A stretch of DNA of 63,146 bases, filler included, from Octopus bimaculoides (Eukaryota), in assembly GCF_001194135.2 (NCBI RefSeq). It is 3 parts of 2 records of this genome, joined end to end, with 100 filler letters (N's around TTAATTAATTAA, not from the genome) between each part and the next. Parts side by side here need not be neighbours in the genome. Positions count along the whole stretch, not along the records: positions 1 to 30,583 come from NC_068982.1; 2 more parts are not named here. One strand, 5' to 3'. Numbering within the stretch: the stretch's first letter is position 1; every line of letters starts with the position of its first letter. The notes beneath the pieces were generated by a model. That model was not told the origin of the DNA. It searched no databases and saw only the letters and a program-made list of their open reading frames with translations. A program made the position numbers and the translations under genes. Below, one piece after another: positions 10,990 through 23,937 of the stretch.

Positions 10990-13140
10990 GTGAATAGATA
11001 AAATCATCATGGCTAAACATATAAGACTCCTTCAACCAACTCATGACTACAATCACTGTATAGAATGGGCCTACAGTTTTAACAAAGATTTATATGAAGC
11101 ATATAATGTATAGTCTGACCCTCAAAAGTTCAGATTTATGCAAGGGCTAAAAACTTTGTGAAACTCCAAACACCCAGATTTAGATTTTTCTCTGAAACAT
11201 TTAAATGAACAAGCAAAACATATCACTAGATGTAAATTGAAACATCTAACAGAAGTGTTTGATTCAGAGCAAACTGGCACTATAAAACCAGCCATTGAAA
11301 TAATCATTCCACTTCAAATGAGGGATAGCTAGAACAGTCTGCTAAATCTGGTAGTAAACAACATACCAGCAGTTTAGCAGAAATTCATATCTGTATTGTA
11401 CAAGCAGAAGAATACCAAAAGCTTGTGGATGCCTTACAAGTGATCTGAAATGGTATGTTTCAACAGGTCCACAACCTTAATTTGAATGACAGGCCATACA
11501 ACACCACTATAAGTAAAGAACCCAGTAAATTAGAATTAGAGGCAGTAAGTGAAATTACAAACAAATATAAGATCACACAGTCCAGAGGTCTGAAAATACC
11601 CTACAAAACCATTAATCTTTCGATATATGTCTCACCTATTATATTACTAGTGTATCACAAAGAGCTAAAGCCACATGATTGAGATTCAAGCAGAAAGCCT
11701 GAACTAGCATGGGCACATAAACATAAAAATAAAATTTAATTCCTACAAAAAAATAAACCAAAGATTGTTTTAGTTATGAAATGTAATACAGAGAACAACT
11801 TCTCACAACATCAGGAGGACCTCAGAAAAAATACAAAGGCAATTTAGTGAACCAGGATTGAAAAACCTAAACTCCAAACTGCACCAGCTGAAACAACTCA
11901 CAGCTACAGCTGAAAAGCTAAAATATAAATCTACGGCATATGAATGACAGACCCAGACCTCATAACAGGTTACTAGCTGAAGAATTTCATCTTTTATATG
12001 TGTGATCTCTTATGGTTGTATAGAGAATGTATCAAAGGCACATAAAAACTTCCCCAATGAGTATGAAATGCAACTACTCTCCTCATCCCCCAAAACAGCT
12101 AAACCATCCTTGATGAAAATTATCACCCTATACCCTGCCAGAACCTCATATACAAATTATACACTGGGTACCTCAATCTGTTCTTGCAGGATCATTGTGC
12201 CAACTAAGAAAATGTAAGGCTGTATACATCAGCAACTGATTAATAAAATGCCCCGGGGAAAAAAACAGTAAAAGATTACAGAAATTTAACCAGTGTGGCT
12301 GGACTACCAGCAGGCTTTTGATAACATACCACATGGGTGGATTATCAAAGCTTTACAGTTAGCAAAATTCTCAGCAACTATTGAATACTTGACCAAGACA
12401 TGACACACAACTTTATTCCTCAGGAGTGATAAGGAGCAAATTGAGTCGGATAGCACTCACTACAAAAATGCATCTTTCAGAGTGATAGCCTGTTGGTATT
12501 GCTCTTCATTCTCTCATTAAATCCACTATCATACCTGCTCACAAAACATAGTGACCACAGAAATAGATCCAGAAGTATCTCTAATCTTTTTTTTGTTGAT
12601 GAACCGAAGCTGTATGGCTCAAATATCAACCACATAAAATAATAACTGGATCACATTACCCAATTTTCTACAAATATTGGAATGATTTGTGCATCATTAA
12701 CCTGCTAGAGGAGATGTCCTCTTGTGGTTAAAAAATTGCAGTAGAGTTCACTCAGATGGATAGCCATGCTAAAGTGGCTAGTGATATTACTTGTCACCTA
12801 CAGATAATGTTGACTATATTGAGAGTGATGGGTCAAAAGAATTTTGGTGGAACTTAGAAATTAAGACAGCCATCGAGTTAAAACATCGCCAATCAGACAT
12901 TGTTGTGTGAGACTACAAGGAAAAACTATGTTGTTATGGAAATCAGCTGCCCTCTGGATACTAATGTGATTAGAAAAATACAAGAGAAATAGGATATCTA
13001 CGGACCATTGATAAGGAGTTTGCAAATCCAGTACTCAACATATGCTTTCAGCTGCATACCTATTATTATTGGAGAGACAGGATGCATATCAACCAGTCTG
13101 GAGAAAAGTTTGGCTGAACTTCGGAATTTGGGGATGATGA
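10990..13140 (+). mobile_element. Decayed R4/Dong-like non-LTR retrotransposon
   Basis: Frame-broken motifs DYQQAFDNIPHGWIIKALQLAK, NPLSYLL, FVD(D)xKLYG and the RLE segment KHRQSDIVV...EISCPLDTNV..K..EK...Y..L...IPIIIGETG. Confidence 0.8.
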
Positions 13141-14715
13141 GACTAAACGAATAGTTGCAGATATGGCTGAGTGCTTAGGAAGCTTGCTCCCTAACTATGT
13201 GGTCTTGGGTTCAGTCACATTGCATGGTACCTTGGGCAAGTGTCATCTACTACAGCATCGGCCCAACCAAAACATTGTGAATGAATTTTGTAGGTGGAAA
13301 CTGAATGATGCCTGTCATACATATTTGTTTGTCTATCTATCTATCGATCAACACATATGCATGTGTGTGTGTGTGTGTGTGTGAGTGTGTGTTAGTGTGT
13401 GTACTATTGTCTTGACAACTCATGATGATTGTAAATGAGCATCACCATCATACAAGCAATGTTTTTCATTTCCAGTCTTTCATGTAAAACATGACCAAGA
13501 GGAAATAATAACTTGCTTGGAAACAGGTTAAGGTTGACAACAGGAAGGGCATTCAACCATAAGAAAAATCTACCTCAACAAATTCCATCCATTCATGTAA
13601 GTATGGATATTAAATGATTATGATGATAAATACCAACAGCTTGAATTACACCACTCTTAGAGAGCCTGCAAGGTCCATGAGTACTAACTTGCCCCCTTTG
13701 ATTTACTAGTAAAACAGCTACAAATATACTGTGTCTCTCTTTCTCTCTCTCTCTCTCTTTCTGCTGTTACTTATTCTATTATTGCATAACGTGAATAAAT
13801 CATCCATGCCTTGCCCAGTGATTTGTAGTTAGTCAGAAAAGCTAGTTTTGTTGTTGCCCCGTATGACAATTGTGCTATGGCATACTCCAGCCAATCAGGG
13901 CTGGGAATGTATGAATACTAGTCGCAGTTCTCTGTCTAAGCAGAGAAGTGGAGTTTTAATTTAGTTAGCGGAAAGACAATGGACCAGTAACATCTGTTTT
14001 TTATCATGGAACAGTCACTTTACTTTGCACACCAACTTCGTGTCTGCTAGCTTTGAATTATATCACATCTCAACTTGCAACATCAGGAACAGCCCTTTGT
14101 TTTCACATCAACTTCACGCAGCTAACTCTGAATTATAGCAGGTCTCGCCTTAGCATTAAAATCATATTTGAAATGTAAGTGTTAAAAGCCTTTTCCTGAC
14201 TCGCATACACACAGGCTACACATCTTATTACTTGTCAGCTCTTCTTAATTAAAAAGTATTTTCATTATAAAAATTGCCTTCTGATATTTTTCCTTTTACC
14301 AACTTTCACATAATAAATTAGACAACACCCTCACTAAACTGGTGACACTATAAATGGACTCTCTTAAATGCACTCACACTAAATTGGTGACCTTCTACAC
14401 TAGTGATTTTTTTTTACATTGATTACTTTCTACACTGGTGATCTTTTTACAAACTCAATATAGCAATAGTGGAGAGCTGCATATATGTCTGCTATTATTG
14501 TTGTTTAACCCTGAACCAGCCTGGACTGTATAGACTTATGATCAGAAGCATTCCTTCTTGACTGCGTTATCTTTTTTGTATATCATCAACTACATTGGAC
14601 CACGTCTTTCTTTCTTTGATGGAGAGTTTACTGTTATTTTCAACAGTTTCAGTAACCAAATAGAGGCTCTTTTGTTAGCTTGTACTCTTGTAGCTTACAC
14701 TTTTTTGCGACCATA

Positions 14716-15150
14716 GGTGCAGGAGCGGCTGTGTGGTAAGTAGCTTGCTTACCAACCACATAGTCCCAGGTTCATTCCCACTGCATTGCAGTTTGGGCAA
14801 GTGTTTTCTACTATAGCCTCAGGCCAACCAAAACCTTGTGGGTAGATTTCGTAGACGGAAACTGGAAGAAGCCCGTTGTATATGTGTGTGTATATATATA
14901 TATATATATGTATGTATATGTGTGTATATGCTTGTGTGTCTGTTTGTCCCTCCAGCATCGCTTGACAACCAATGCTGGTGTGTTTACATTCCCGTAACTT
15001 AGCGGTTTGGAAAAACAGACCGATAGAATAAGTACTAGGCTTACAAAGAATAAGCTCTGGGGTTGATTTGCTCGACTATAAAGGCGGTGCTCCAGTATGG
15101 CCGCAGACAAATGACTGAAACAAGTAATAGAGTAAAAGAGTGTAAGAGTA
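14716..15150 (+). mobile_element. tRNA-derived SINE family B, near full length
   Basis: Head gcaggagcggctgtgtggtaag...ggttca, TTGGGCAAGTG core, internal TA/TG microsatellite and (AAAAGAGT)-like tail. Other copies at about 3023-3373 (+), 13160-13330 (+), 18893-18990 (+), 21715-21880 (+), 26195-26340 (-) and 60960-61050 (-). Confidence 0.85.
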
Positions 15151-15635
15151 TATTTCTAATGAATCATACATTTTATTTAACTTTGAAAGTAATCAAGAAG
15201 TTGGAGGGAAAAGGTAAAACAACTGACTTTGCCTTTTGATACCAACCTGCCTGTAACTACCTCTGGTTCTGTAATGCAAACTTCCTATTTTAAAGGATCT
15301 AAATTAAAACTTTCTTTCAAAATTGATCTATGTTTAGAACACCTGTTTAATAATAGCTTTTAAATTTTGGCACAAGGCCAGTACTGTCAAGGTCAGTATT
15401 CAACTGGTACTTATTTTATTAACCCCGAAAGGATGAAAGGTTAGTCAACTTTGGTGGAATTTGAACTCAGAACATAAAGATGGATGAAATGCCAAGAAGC
15501 ATTTTGTCCAGTGTGCTAACAATTCTACCAACTCACCACCTTTAAAAGATGAACTACAACTCAGAATGTAAAGAGCCAGAAGCAATACCAGCAGCTACTT
15601 GGTCTGACAGTCAAACAATCCTATCTTTAATGATT

Positions 15636-17044
15636 ACTAGCAGAAATACCCGGCATTGTCCGGGTTAGGGATTCACACAGACAGACAGACAGACAGACAC
15701 AAACACACACACATTCCCAATACATGTAGGATTCCTCACCATACAGGTGACAGGCACAGCTGTAAGATGCATTACGGATCTATAGCAATTGGAAGGGCAT
15801 GACCCAATTGAAATAACGTGTGACGTTTGGAGTAAAGGGAAATGAAAGTGTCGCCTCTGGAGTTTGCAAATGACCACTATACCGATAGGTAACTGTGCAG
15901 ACAAAATTTACAGTCGACAAATGTCTTAGAACAACCAGTCTCTCATCTGGGAAGGCCTTGAAATCAATGTTACCAACTGGGGACTATGTGTGTCGCAGTG
16001 ATAATAAAAAGACTGAAAGGCAGTCTGCAATGAAATAATTTTACTCAACACTTTGCAAGTGAATCAGTGGAGGCAAAGATGTGTCTCATTTACTTGACAA
16101 TTTATGCACCAGATTGCAGAAATCACAATGTAAGTATATCTGAAAGGATAGTCTTACACTGTTGTACCGTTGAATTACAAATAATGCTCATCTATTATNN
16201 NNNNNNNNNNNNNNNNNNNNNNNNNNNNNNNNNNNNNNNNNNNNNNNNNNNNNNNNNNNNNNNNNNNNNNNNNNNNNNNNNNNNNNNNNNNNNNNNNNNN
16301 NNNNNNNNNNNNNNNNNNNNNNNNNNNNNNNNNNNNNNNNNNNNNNNNNNNNNNNNNNNNNNNNNNNNNNNNNNNNNNNNNNNNNNNNNNNNNNNNNNNN
16401 NNNNNNNNNNNNNNNNNNNNNNNNNNNNNNNNNNNNNNNNNNNNNNNNNNNNNNNNNNNNNNNNNNNNNNNNNNNNNNNNNNNNNNNNNNNNNNNNNNNN
16501 NNNNNNNNNNNNNNNNNNNNNNNNNNNNNNNNNNNNNNNNNNNNNNNNNNNNNNNNNNNNNNNNNNNNNNNNNNNNNNNNNNNNNNNNNNNNNNNNNNNN
16601 NNNNNNNNNNNNNNNNNNNNNATATATATATACATCTACACCTATGTATACATATACATGTATGCATATAGATCTATATGTATATATATATCTATACATA
16701 TACGTGTACATATACATCTATATGTATACATCTACATCTCTCTCTCTCTCTTTCACTCTTTATCTCTTTCTTTCTCTCTGAAAGTATCTGTCATTACAGT
16801 ATCGAAATGTGATTGTTTTATTTAGTGGAATAGTTTCATTTTTAAAGTGAAAGTATTTGACATGAGTGTTTTTGTTTCACTTTTGACACGTAATACTTAA
16901 ATAGTGGAGAAGATATTATGTTGCCGTGGGCTCGAATTCTGCAAGAAGTTAAAAATTTGTTTTGACTAAAACACAACTGGAACCCTAAGTAAGGCATCTG
17001 TAAAATTTGAATGAAATTGGTTGCGTAGTTCTCGAGTTTTAGGG

Positions 17045-17075
<31 letters not shown>

Positions 17076-17098
17076 TTCTCATTTTTATATATATAGAT
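15636..17098 (+). mobile_element. Helentron/DINE-1-type non-autonomous element
   Basis: 5' ACTAGCAGAAATACCCGGCATTGTCCGGG with a short subterminal inverted repeat, internal microsatellites, and 3' end ...aaatttgaatgaaattggttgcgtagtt...ttttatatatatagat. Confidence 0.6.
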
Positions 17099-19009
17099 AT
17101 ACACAAGTTTAATAATGATTTCAAATTTTGGTACAAAATCAGGAAGTTCGGTGGTGGGGAGGGTTAAATCAATTACATCAAACCAGTGTTCAACTGGTAC
17201 TTATCTTATCGACTCTGAAAAGATGAAAGGTAGAATTTGAACTCAGAATGTAGACAGATGAAATGTTGCTAAGCATTTTGCTCAGCATGCTAATGATACA
17301 GCTAGCCCACTGTCTTGTTCACAAATTTAATAATGATAGTTATTTTAATAAATTCTTCATTATTTTAAAAATTAATTGAAACCGAGTCAGAGTATTCCAA
17401 CAGATATATAACAAAAAGGTTAAGGTGATGCCTGGAATGTAGCTGTACAAATTGTTCTTACATATAAAATGATAGAAAATTAGATATTAAATAAAATGAA
17501 AGGCAATCTTAGGTAAGCATATGAAAAGAGTTAAACAAGTGGCCAATATTTCACTCATTTAGCTAGTAAAAAGCCTCAGGAACCAGAAATTGAACCAGAA
17601 ATTGAAAAATCAGAATGTAGATTTAGATTGATGAGAATTCAAATAAGTTGTTATATTTTTCCCTTCACAACATGCTCACACAAAATTTATTAGAAATGCA
17701 AGCAGTTGTAATAAAGGGGTTTAAAGTTGTTTAAAGACAATAGTTGACTGTCATTTCTGACAAGTAGTGCTTTATTGGAAACGTGAGCCAAATATGCTCA
17801 TTCAAAATGCATGAGCAATATGGTTTCAAACTGGTTCACAGAATACCATTCTATTGAAATGAATACAGGAAAATGTGAATAACTATTACTCTGTCTGTCT
17901 GTCTCTCTCTTGATTATATACATATATATATATATATATATATAATCATTTAGCGTCGGTTGTCCATGCTGGCATGGGTTGGACAGTTTGACCATGGTTG
18001 GTAAGCTGAGGGGCTGCACCAGATTCCAGTCTGATTTGGGATAGGCGCTTTTACAGGCCACCAGCATGGATGCCAGTTGTGTGACACCAGTATCTGCCAC
18101 GACTAAGATTTCACTCCGCTTGATGGATCTTTCTTCTCAAGCACAGCATATTGACAAAGATCACGGTCATTTCATGTTGCTTCTGTGAAGCCCAGCACTT
18201 GAAAAATGCATTTTATCTTCAAGCGGCATGGTTGGTAGTTCTACAACACCAGCATCTACAACACCACATTGCCTCCATGAAGCCCAACTCTTGAGAAGTG
18301 CCTATTGTGTGCCTCCGGTATGGGTGCCAGTTATGTGACACTGACAACAGCCAGAACTATGATTTCACTTGGCTTGATGGGTCTTTGCAAGCATGGTATA
18401 TTGCTAAATGACTTAGTTGCTAGTGATTGCCACTATGAGACCCAGCATTCAAACATCATGCTTCACCACTACATCCCATGTACTTCTTCCACAGCTTTTA
18501 CACACACACACACACACATATATATACACTACTGAATTTCTTCTGACCTGGTGGTCTAATAGCACAGTTCAGTCAATGTTGTTGATTGTGTTTTAGTTAA
18601 AGCTATGGCTTTAAATTTGCTAGAGTTACCTCTCTTCAGTATCTCTCATTGTCAATGACTAAAGAGCTAGAAATGCTGTGTCTGGGAATGTGACAGGATT
18701 CAACACATGGAAGATATAGTGTTTTTACACCTTTTACCATAAGGCAGAATATTTTCTCCATGGTAACATCAATGAATTTGATTTCAGAAGATAGAACCTG
18801 TCACATGCATATTTTTACTAACCTAAAGTTTGCTTGTTCCTAAACACAGCTTGCTTGCGTGCGTGCGTGCGTGCGTGTGTGTGTGTGTAGATGCCGGTAT
18901 GGCTGTGTGGTAAGAAGCTTGTTTCCCTAACACCTGGTTCCAGGTTCAGTCCCACTGCATAGCACATTCTATTGCGTAAGTTGGGCCATTTTGTATCTAA
19001 ACATGGCAC

Positions 19010-19335
19010 GCCCATGCTGGTGGTATGTAAAAAGCACCATATGCGTGTGGTCAATGCCACTGCTGCCTGACTGTCACCTGTGCTGGTGGCACATAAAAAG
19101 CACAATTCAAGTGTGGTCAATACCAGTTCCGCTTGACTGGCCTCATGCCAGTGGCTCATAAAAAGCACCCACTACACCACTCTCAGAGTGGTTGGCGTTA
19201 GGAAGGACATCCAACAGTAAAAACCTTGCCAGATCAGATTGGAGCCTGGTGTACCCTCCTGGCTTGCCAGTCCACAGTCAAACCACCCAACCCATGCCAT
19301 CATGGAAAGCAGACATTAAACTATGATGATGATGG
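19010..19335 (+). mobile_element. Dispersed repeat family C (SINE-like, (GAT)n tail)
   Basis: Internal roughly 60-bp subrepeats tgctggtggca..taaaaagcac and 3' end ccatgcca.catggaaag..gac.ttaaa.gatgatgat. Relatives at about 17945-18500 (-), 25650-26125 (+), 13400-13625 (+), 58620-58880 (+), 5690-5900 (-) and 10350-10500 (-). Confidence 0.7.
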
Positions 19336-19648
19336 TGATACCTTGTATATTGACCTGCCGAACTTGCTTATCTTTACATTTACTCCTATATGTATATGTG
19401 TGTTTGCATATGTTTTAAGAGCAAACAGTTCTACTAGTGCTGCAATCACTTTTACAATACTTATATAAGCATCCCTCTTGCAAGGCATTGATTTCTCTGT
19501 TAAGGCTTGGTATTATTTTTGTTCTAAACAACTTGATACAAAGTATAAGTTAAAATATGGTTTCTATTTTACAAGCATAATATCTGTTAACATTAACTGG
19601 AAAAGAAATTCATCACAAGTGTAGTTTTGGATACTTTTAATAACTTTA

Positions 19649-19741
19649 TTGGCAGTGACTTTGAAGTTTCACCAGTGCTTTCCTTGTCAGACCACATACT
19701 GACAAGGCCGACCACTGACAAAACTTTGAAATCACTGCCAA
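19649..19741. other. Imperfect 93-nt hairpin
   Basis: Arms ttggcagtgactttgaagtttcaccagtgctttccttgtcag and ctgacaaggccgaccactgacaaaactttgaaatcactgccaa around an 8-nt loop. Confidence 0.8.
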
Positions 19742-19963
19742 CAAACCACACACACACACACACACACACACACAATTATGTATTTTTACAATTGCAGTAT
19801 GGAAACAGTGAAGATATATAATTCTGAATTCCAGTTAAACTCTAACAAAAAATTCTGATAGAATTGAATCAAATATGTTATATACTATCCCAGAGTTATA
19901 AATGTATGATGCTAATATGTGTGTGTATGTGTGTGTGAGTGGTAATGTGCTTGTGTGTGCATA

Positions 19964-20016
<53 letters not shown>

Positions 20017-21877
20017 CAAACCATAATTACATTCATTAGATTACAGAGCAAAGAAATGTGTCCAATATTTTTGTCTTTTGTAAATAATATTTTTGTGAAC
20101 CAGACAGATTTGAGGATGTGAATAGTTGTAAATATATCTGAATTCTATATCAAATCATGTGTATATCAACTTATGCAATGATATCCATATATTTAAAGCC
20201 ATCAGCATATGTAATATCAGTTTCAAGTTTTAGCACAAGGCCAGAAATTTTGGGAGAGGGAGTTAGTCAATTTCATCAACCCCAGTGCTCAACTTGTACA
20301 TATTTTATCGACCCTGAGAGGATGAAAGGCAAAGTTGACCTCAGCAGAATTTGAACTCAAAATGTAAAGATGGATGAAATGCCACAAAGCATTATCCCAG
20401 GATGCTAATGATTCTACCAGTTCACTGCCCCATCAACATATGTAATATCAACAATGGGCAAAATGGTTAGTTCTGTGTTAATATCTTTTGGACTTATAAG
20501 TCTTCCATGTTTTCTCATAATTTGGTTACATTTCCTTGCTCAATCAACATCCATCGGAATATAATTGACATTTAACCATTGCTGTTGATGATGATTGATA
20601 TATCTTCCAGGGATCAACATCCACTGGGATTTATATTTCTCATGTCACTTTCTACCAGTGATAAATTCCTTTTATTATTCATATTTGATGTGAAATCTAT
20701 ATAGATCGCTTGTGCTTATAATTCTGCAGTCATTTCTTTTGATTTGGTAATACAAAACTACTTAATATATATATATAAAAGTAAGTTACAAATCATTTCT
20801 AAATAATATAGTGGCATTTGACAGTAAATTAATCTTCAAATATGCATGTAATCTGTCAGTATCCAAGTTGTACATCAGTCATGTCATCTGTACAAAATCT
20901 ATTAGTATAATTGCTTCAAAAAAACGTATATCATTTGATATTGATCAAAATGTATCTGCTGTGTAAAACTTCTTGTTATGTCACATCAATACATTATTCA
21001 TGATGCAATAAATGCTAATATATGCTACAAGGCTTGTGTCATTTCTTTACTGTCTCTATCATAACTACAACATCATCTGCTCCTTTAAGCTATCATGATA
21101 TGCTTTGATCAAAATGCATTGCAGTCATCAGTTCTTTGATTCAAACCATTCTTTCCCTAACTACTATTGACCAGTCATTCTGACAATTTACCAAAATTTC
21201 ATTTATTGGGTATTTCTGTATTCATGGTTACACATGGCAACAAATATGGTTCACCTTAAATTAATCTAAATTAGTTAATTGCTAATTACTTGAATAGTAA
21301 TTTTGAATATCTTTCAATATACATACATACATACATACAGACAGACAGACATACATAAAGACAGACAGACAGACATATATATATATAGCTTATACACAAA
21401 GACTCCATAATTAAGCAACATCTGTTACATCTGTAACAAAATTGATACAGATACAAAGGCAGGATATATACACTTTATACCTGGAAGAAATTAAGCAAAT
21501 AAAAAACTGATTCAAAGTCAAAAGGTATTTGACATCAGATAAACAACATTTGTACAAGGAATGTCCCATATATTAGACTGCTTCCAGTTGTTAAATGTCT
21601 TATACTAGTGAACTGTTTATATGTGTGAGGTAGAGCAGGGACTTGTCAGTAGACCAAAGTTTCACATGACTTAAGGTTCCTGACACTGAAAATAAAGAAA
21701 ATTTAAAATTAATTGATGCAGACATAGCTATGTGGTTAAAAGGCACATTTTGCAACCCCATGGTTTTGGTTTCAGTCTCATTGCATGGCATCTAGAGCAA
21801 ATATCTTCCACTATAGCCACAGGCTGACCACTGTCTTGTGAGTGAATTTGGTTGCTAGATATTGTGTGGAAGTCCAT

Positions 21878-21924
<47 letters not shown>

Positions 21925-22329
21925 GCACACACACACATACACACAATCATATCACTGAACATGTGTCTTCCATGCTGGCATAAGTTGGATGATTCATGAT
22001 TCAATAGGATTCAACAAGCCAGAGGATTGTATTAAACTCCAGTGTCTGCTTTGGGGAGCTTTCTATGTTTGAATGCTCTTTCTAATGCCATCAGTTTTAC
22101 AGAGTGTACTGGGTACTTTTTTCTTGGCAATGGCCTTTGTAAGATCAGCAAGGACAAAGTCCTCTGAGTAGAGGTTTCCTAGACAGGAAAGTGGTTTTAT
22201 GACAAGGTAGAAAAGCTTAAAGTAGGATAAAGAGAGACAACTATCTATTTATCTGATTGTTCATCCATCCATCTATCCATCCATCTACCCATTACTCCCG
22301 CCTCTCTCTCTCTCTCTTTCTCCAATATA

Positions 22330-22706
22330 TACACACACGCATATCTAATATATACACACACACATATCTAATATATACACACACATATCTAATATACACA
22401 CACACACATCTAATATACACACACACACATATCTAATATACACACACACACATATCTAATATACACACACACACACATATCTAATATACACACACACACA
22501 CATATCTAATATACACACACACACACATATCTAATATACACACACACATATCTAATATACACACACACATATCTAATATACACACACACACATATCTAAT
22601 ATACACACACACACATATCTAATATACACACACACATATCTAACATACACACACACATATCTAATACACACACACACATATCTAATACACACACACACAC
22701 ACACAC
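22330..22706. repeat. Minisatellite of about 20 bp, (CA)n-TATCTAATAT
   Basis: Well over a dozen tandem units of acacacatatctaatat with variable CA number. Confidence 0.9.
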
Positions 22707-22772
22707 GCTCATGAGCACATATGTGCAAAGCAATGTGGAGAAAATATAGTAAGTATATATATATATATATAT

Positions 22773-23058
22773 ATAAGCCAGCTGGAGGAGATGTCCTCCT
22801 GGGGCTAAAAGCAACAGTAACATCCACCACTAGGGGTCAGCCACACTTAAGTGGCAATATACTACACTTTATCGTGCAGTTACTGTTAATACTTCATTTA
22901 GAGAATTAACATTGCTTGTTTTCACCTTTTCAATATCAGTGAAGAATTTCACTGGAAAAGAAGATATAAGGTTTGCCAGGTTTTTGTCTCTCTCACCAAG
23001 GTCAGCAGCTGTCGAACGCCGATGAAGGGAAATAACCCTGAAATCCGGATACGTTCGT
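22773..23058 (+). mobile_element. Retrozyme-like / Penelope pLTR-like repeat, copy 1 (right end runs into a gap)
   Basis: About six differences by eye from the reverse complement of 30238-30583. Starts at a (TA)n tract, contains a hammerhead fold and several hairpins. Confidence 0.75.
23013..23057 (+). ncRNA. Type I hammerhead ribozyme
   Basis: CGAACG-CCGATGA-AGGG(AAATAA)CCCT-GAA-ATCCGGAT-A-CGTTCG: 6-bp stem I, core CCGANGA (U4C variant of CUGANGA), 4-bp stem II, GAAA, palindromic stem III, predicted cleavage after AUA at 23051. Confidence 0.82.
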
Positions 23059-23384
23059 NNNNNNNNNNNNNNNNNNNNNNNNNNNNNNNNNNNNNNNNNN
23101 NNNNNNNNNNNNNNNNNNNNNNNNNNNNNNNNNNNNNNNNNNNNNNNNNNNNNNNNNNNNNNNNNNNNNNNNNNNNNNNNNNNNNNNNNNNNNNNNNNNN
23201 NNNNNNNNNNNNNNNNNNNNNNNNNNNNNNNNNNNNNNNNNNNNNNNNNNNNNNNNNNNNNNNNNNNNNNNNNNNNNNNNNNNNNNNNNNNNNNNNNNNN
23301 NNNNNNTGTGCAAAGCAATGTGGAGAAAATATAGTAAGTATATATATATATATATATATAAATATACATGTACATATATTCTTT

Positions 23385-23599
23385 TATTCTTTTATTGTTT
23401 TACTTGTTTCAGTCATTTCACAGTGGCCATGCTGGAGCACTGCCTTTAGTCGAACAATTTGACTCCAGGACTTATTCTTTGTAAGCCTAGTACTTATTCT
23501 ATCGGTCTCTTTTGCCGAACTGCTAAGTTACAGGGATGTAAACACACTAGCATTGGTTGTCAAGTGATGGTGGGGGGACAAACACAGACACATATACAC

Positions 23600-23685
<86 letters not shown>

Positions 23686-23902
23686 AATTTAAATTTTAGG
23701 GTCCAGCAAATATTGCTTCACCACACACCGACAGTTAGAAATAGCAGCCAAAACTACTATTTCTCTACTAAAATACTACTCCCAAAACAGTAATACTCGC
23801 AAACTACATATTTACCGATAATGGTTCTTAATACACCGAGCTACTTGGTGAAATTACTAATTATCAATTGATTATTAATTTTTACCCTACGTCTGTATGA
23901 TA

Positions 23903-23937
<35 letters not shown>

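Noticed and set aside
13750-14330. CCAAT-containing, unique-looking stretch as a promoter
   Set aside because: A single short motif with no transcript or other supporting evidence.
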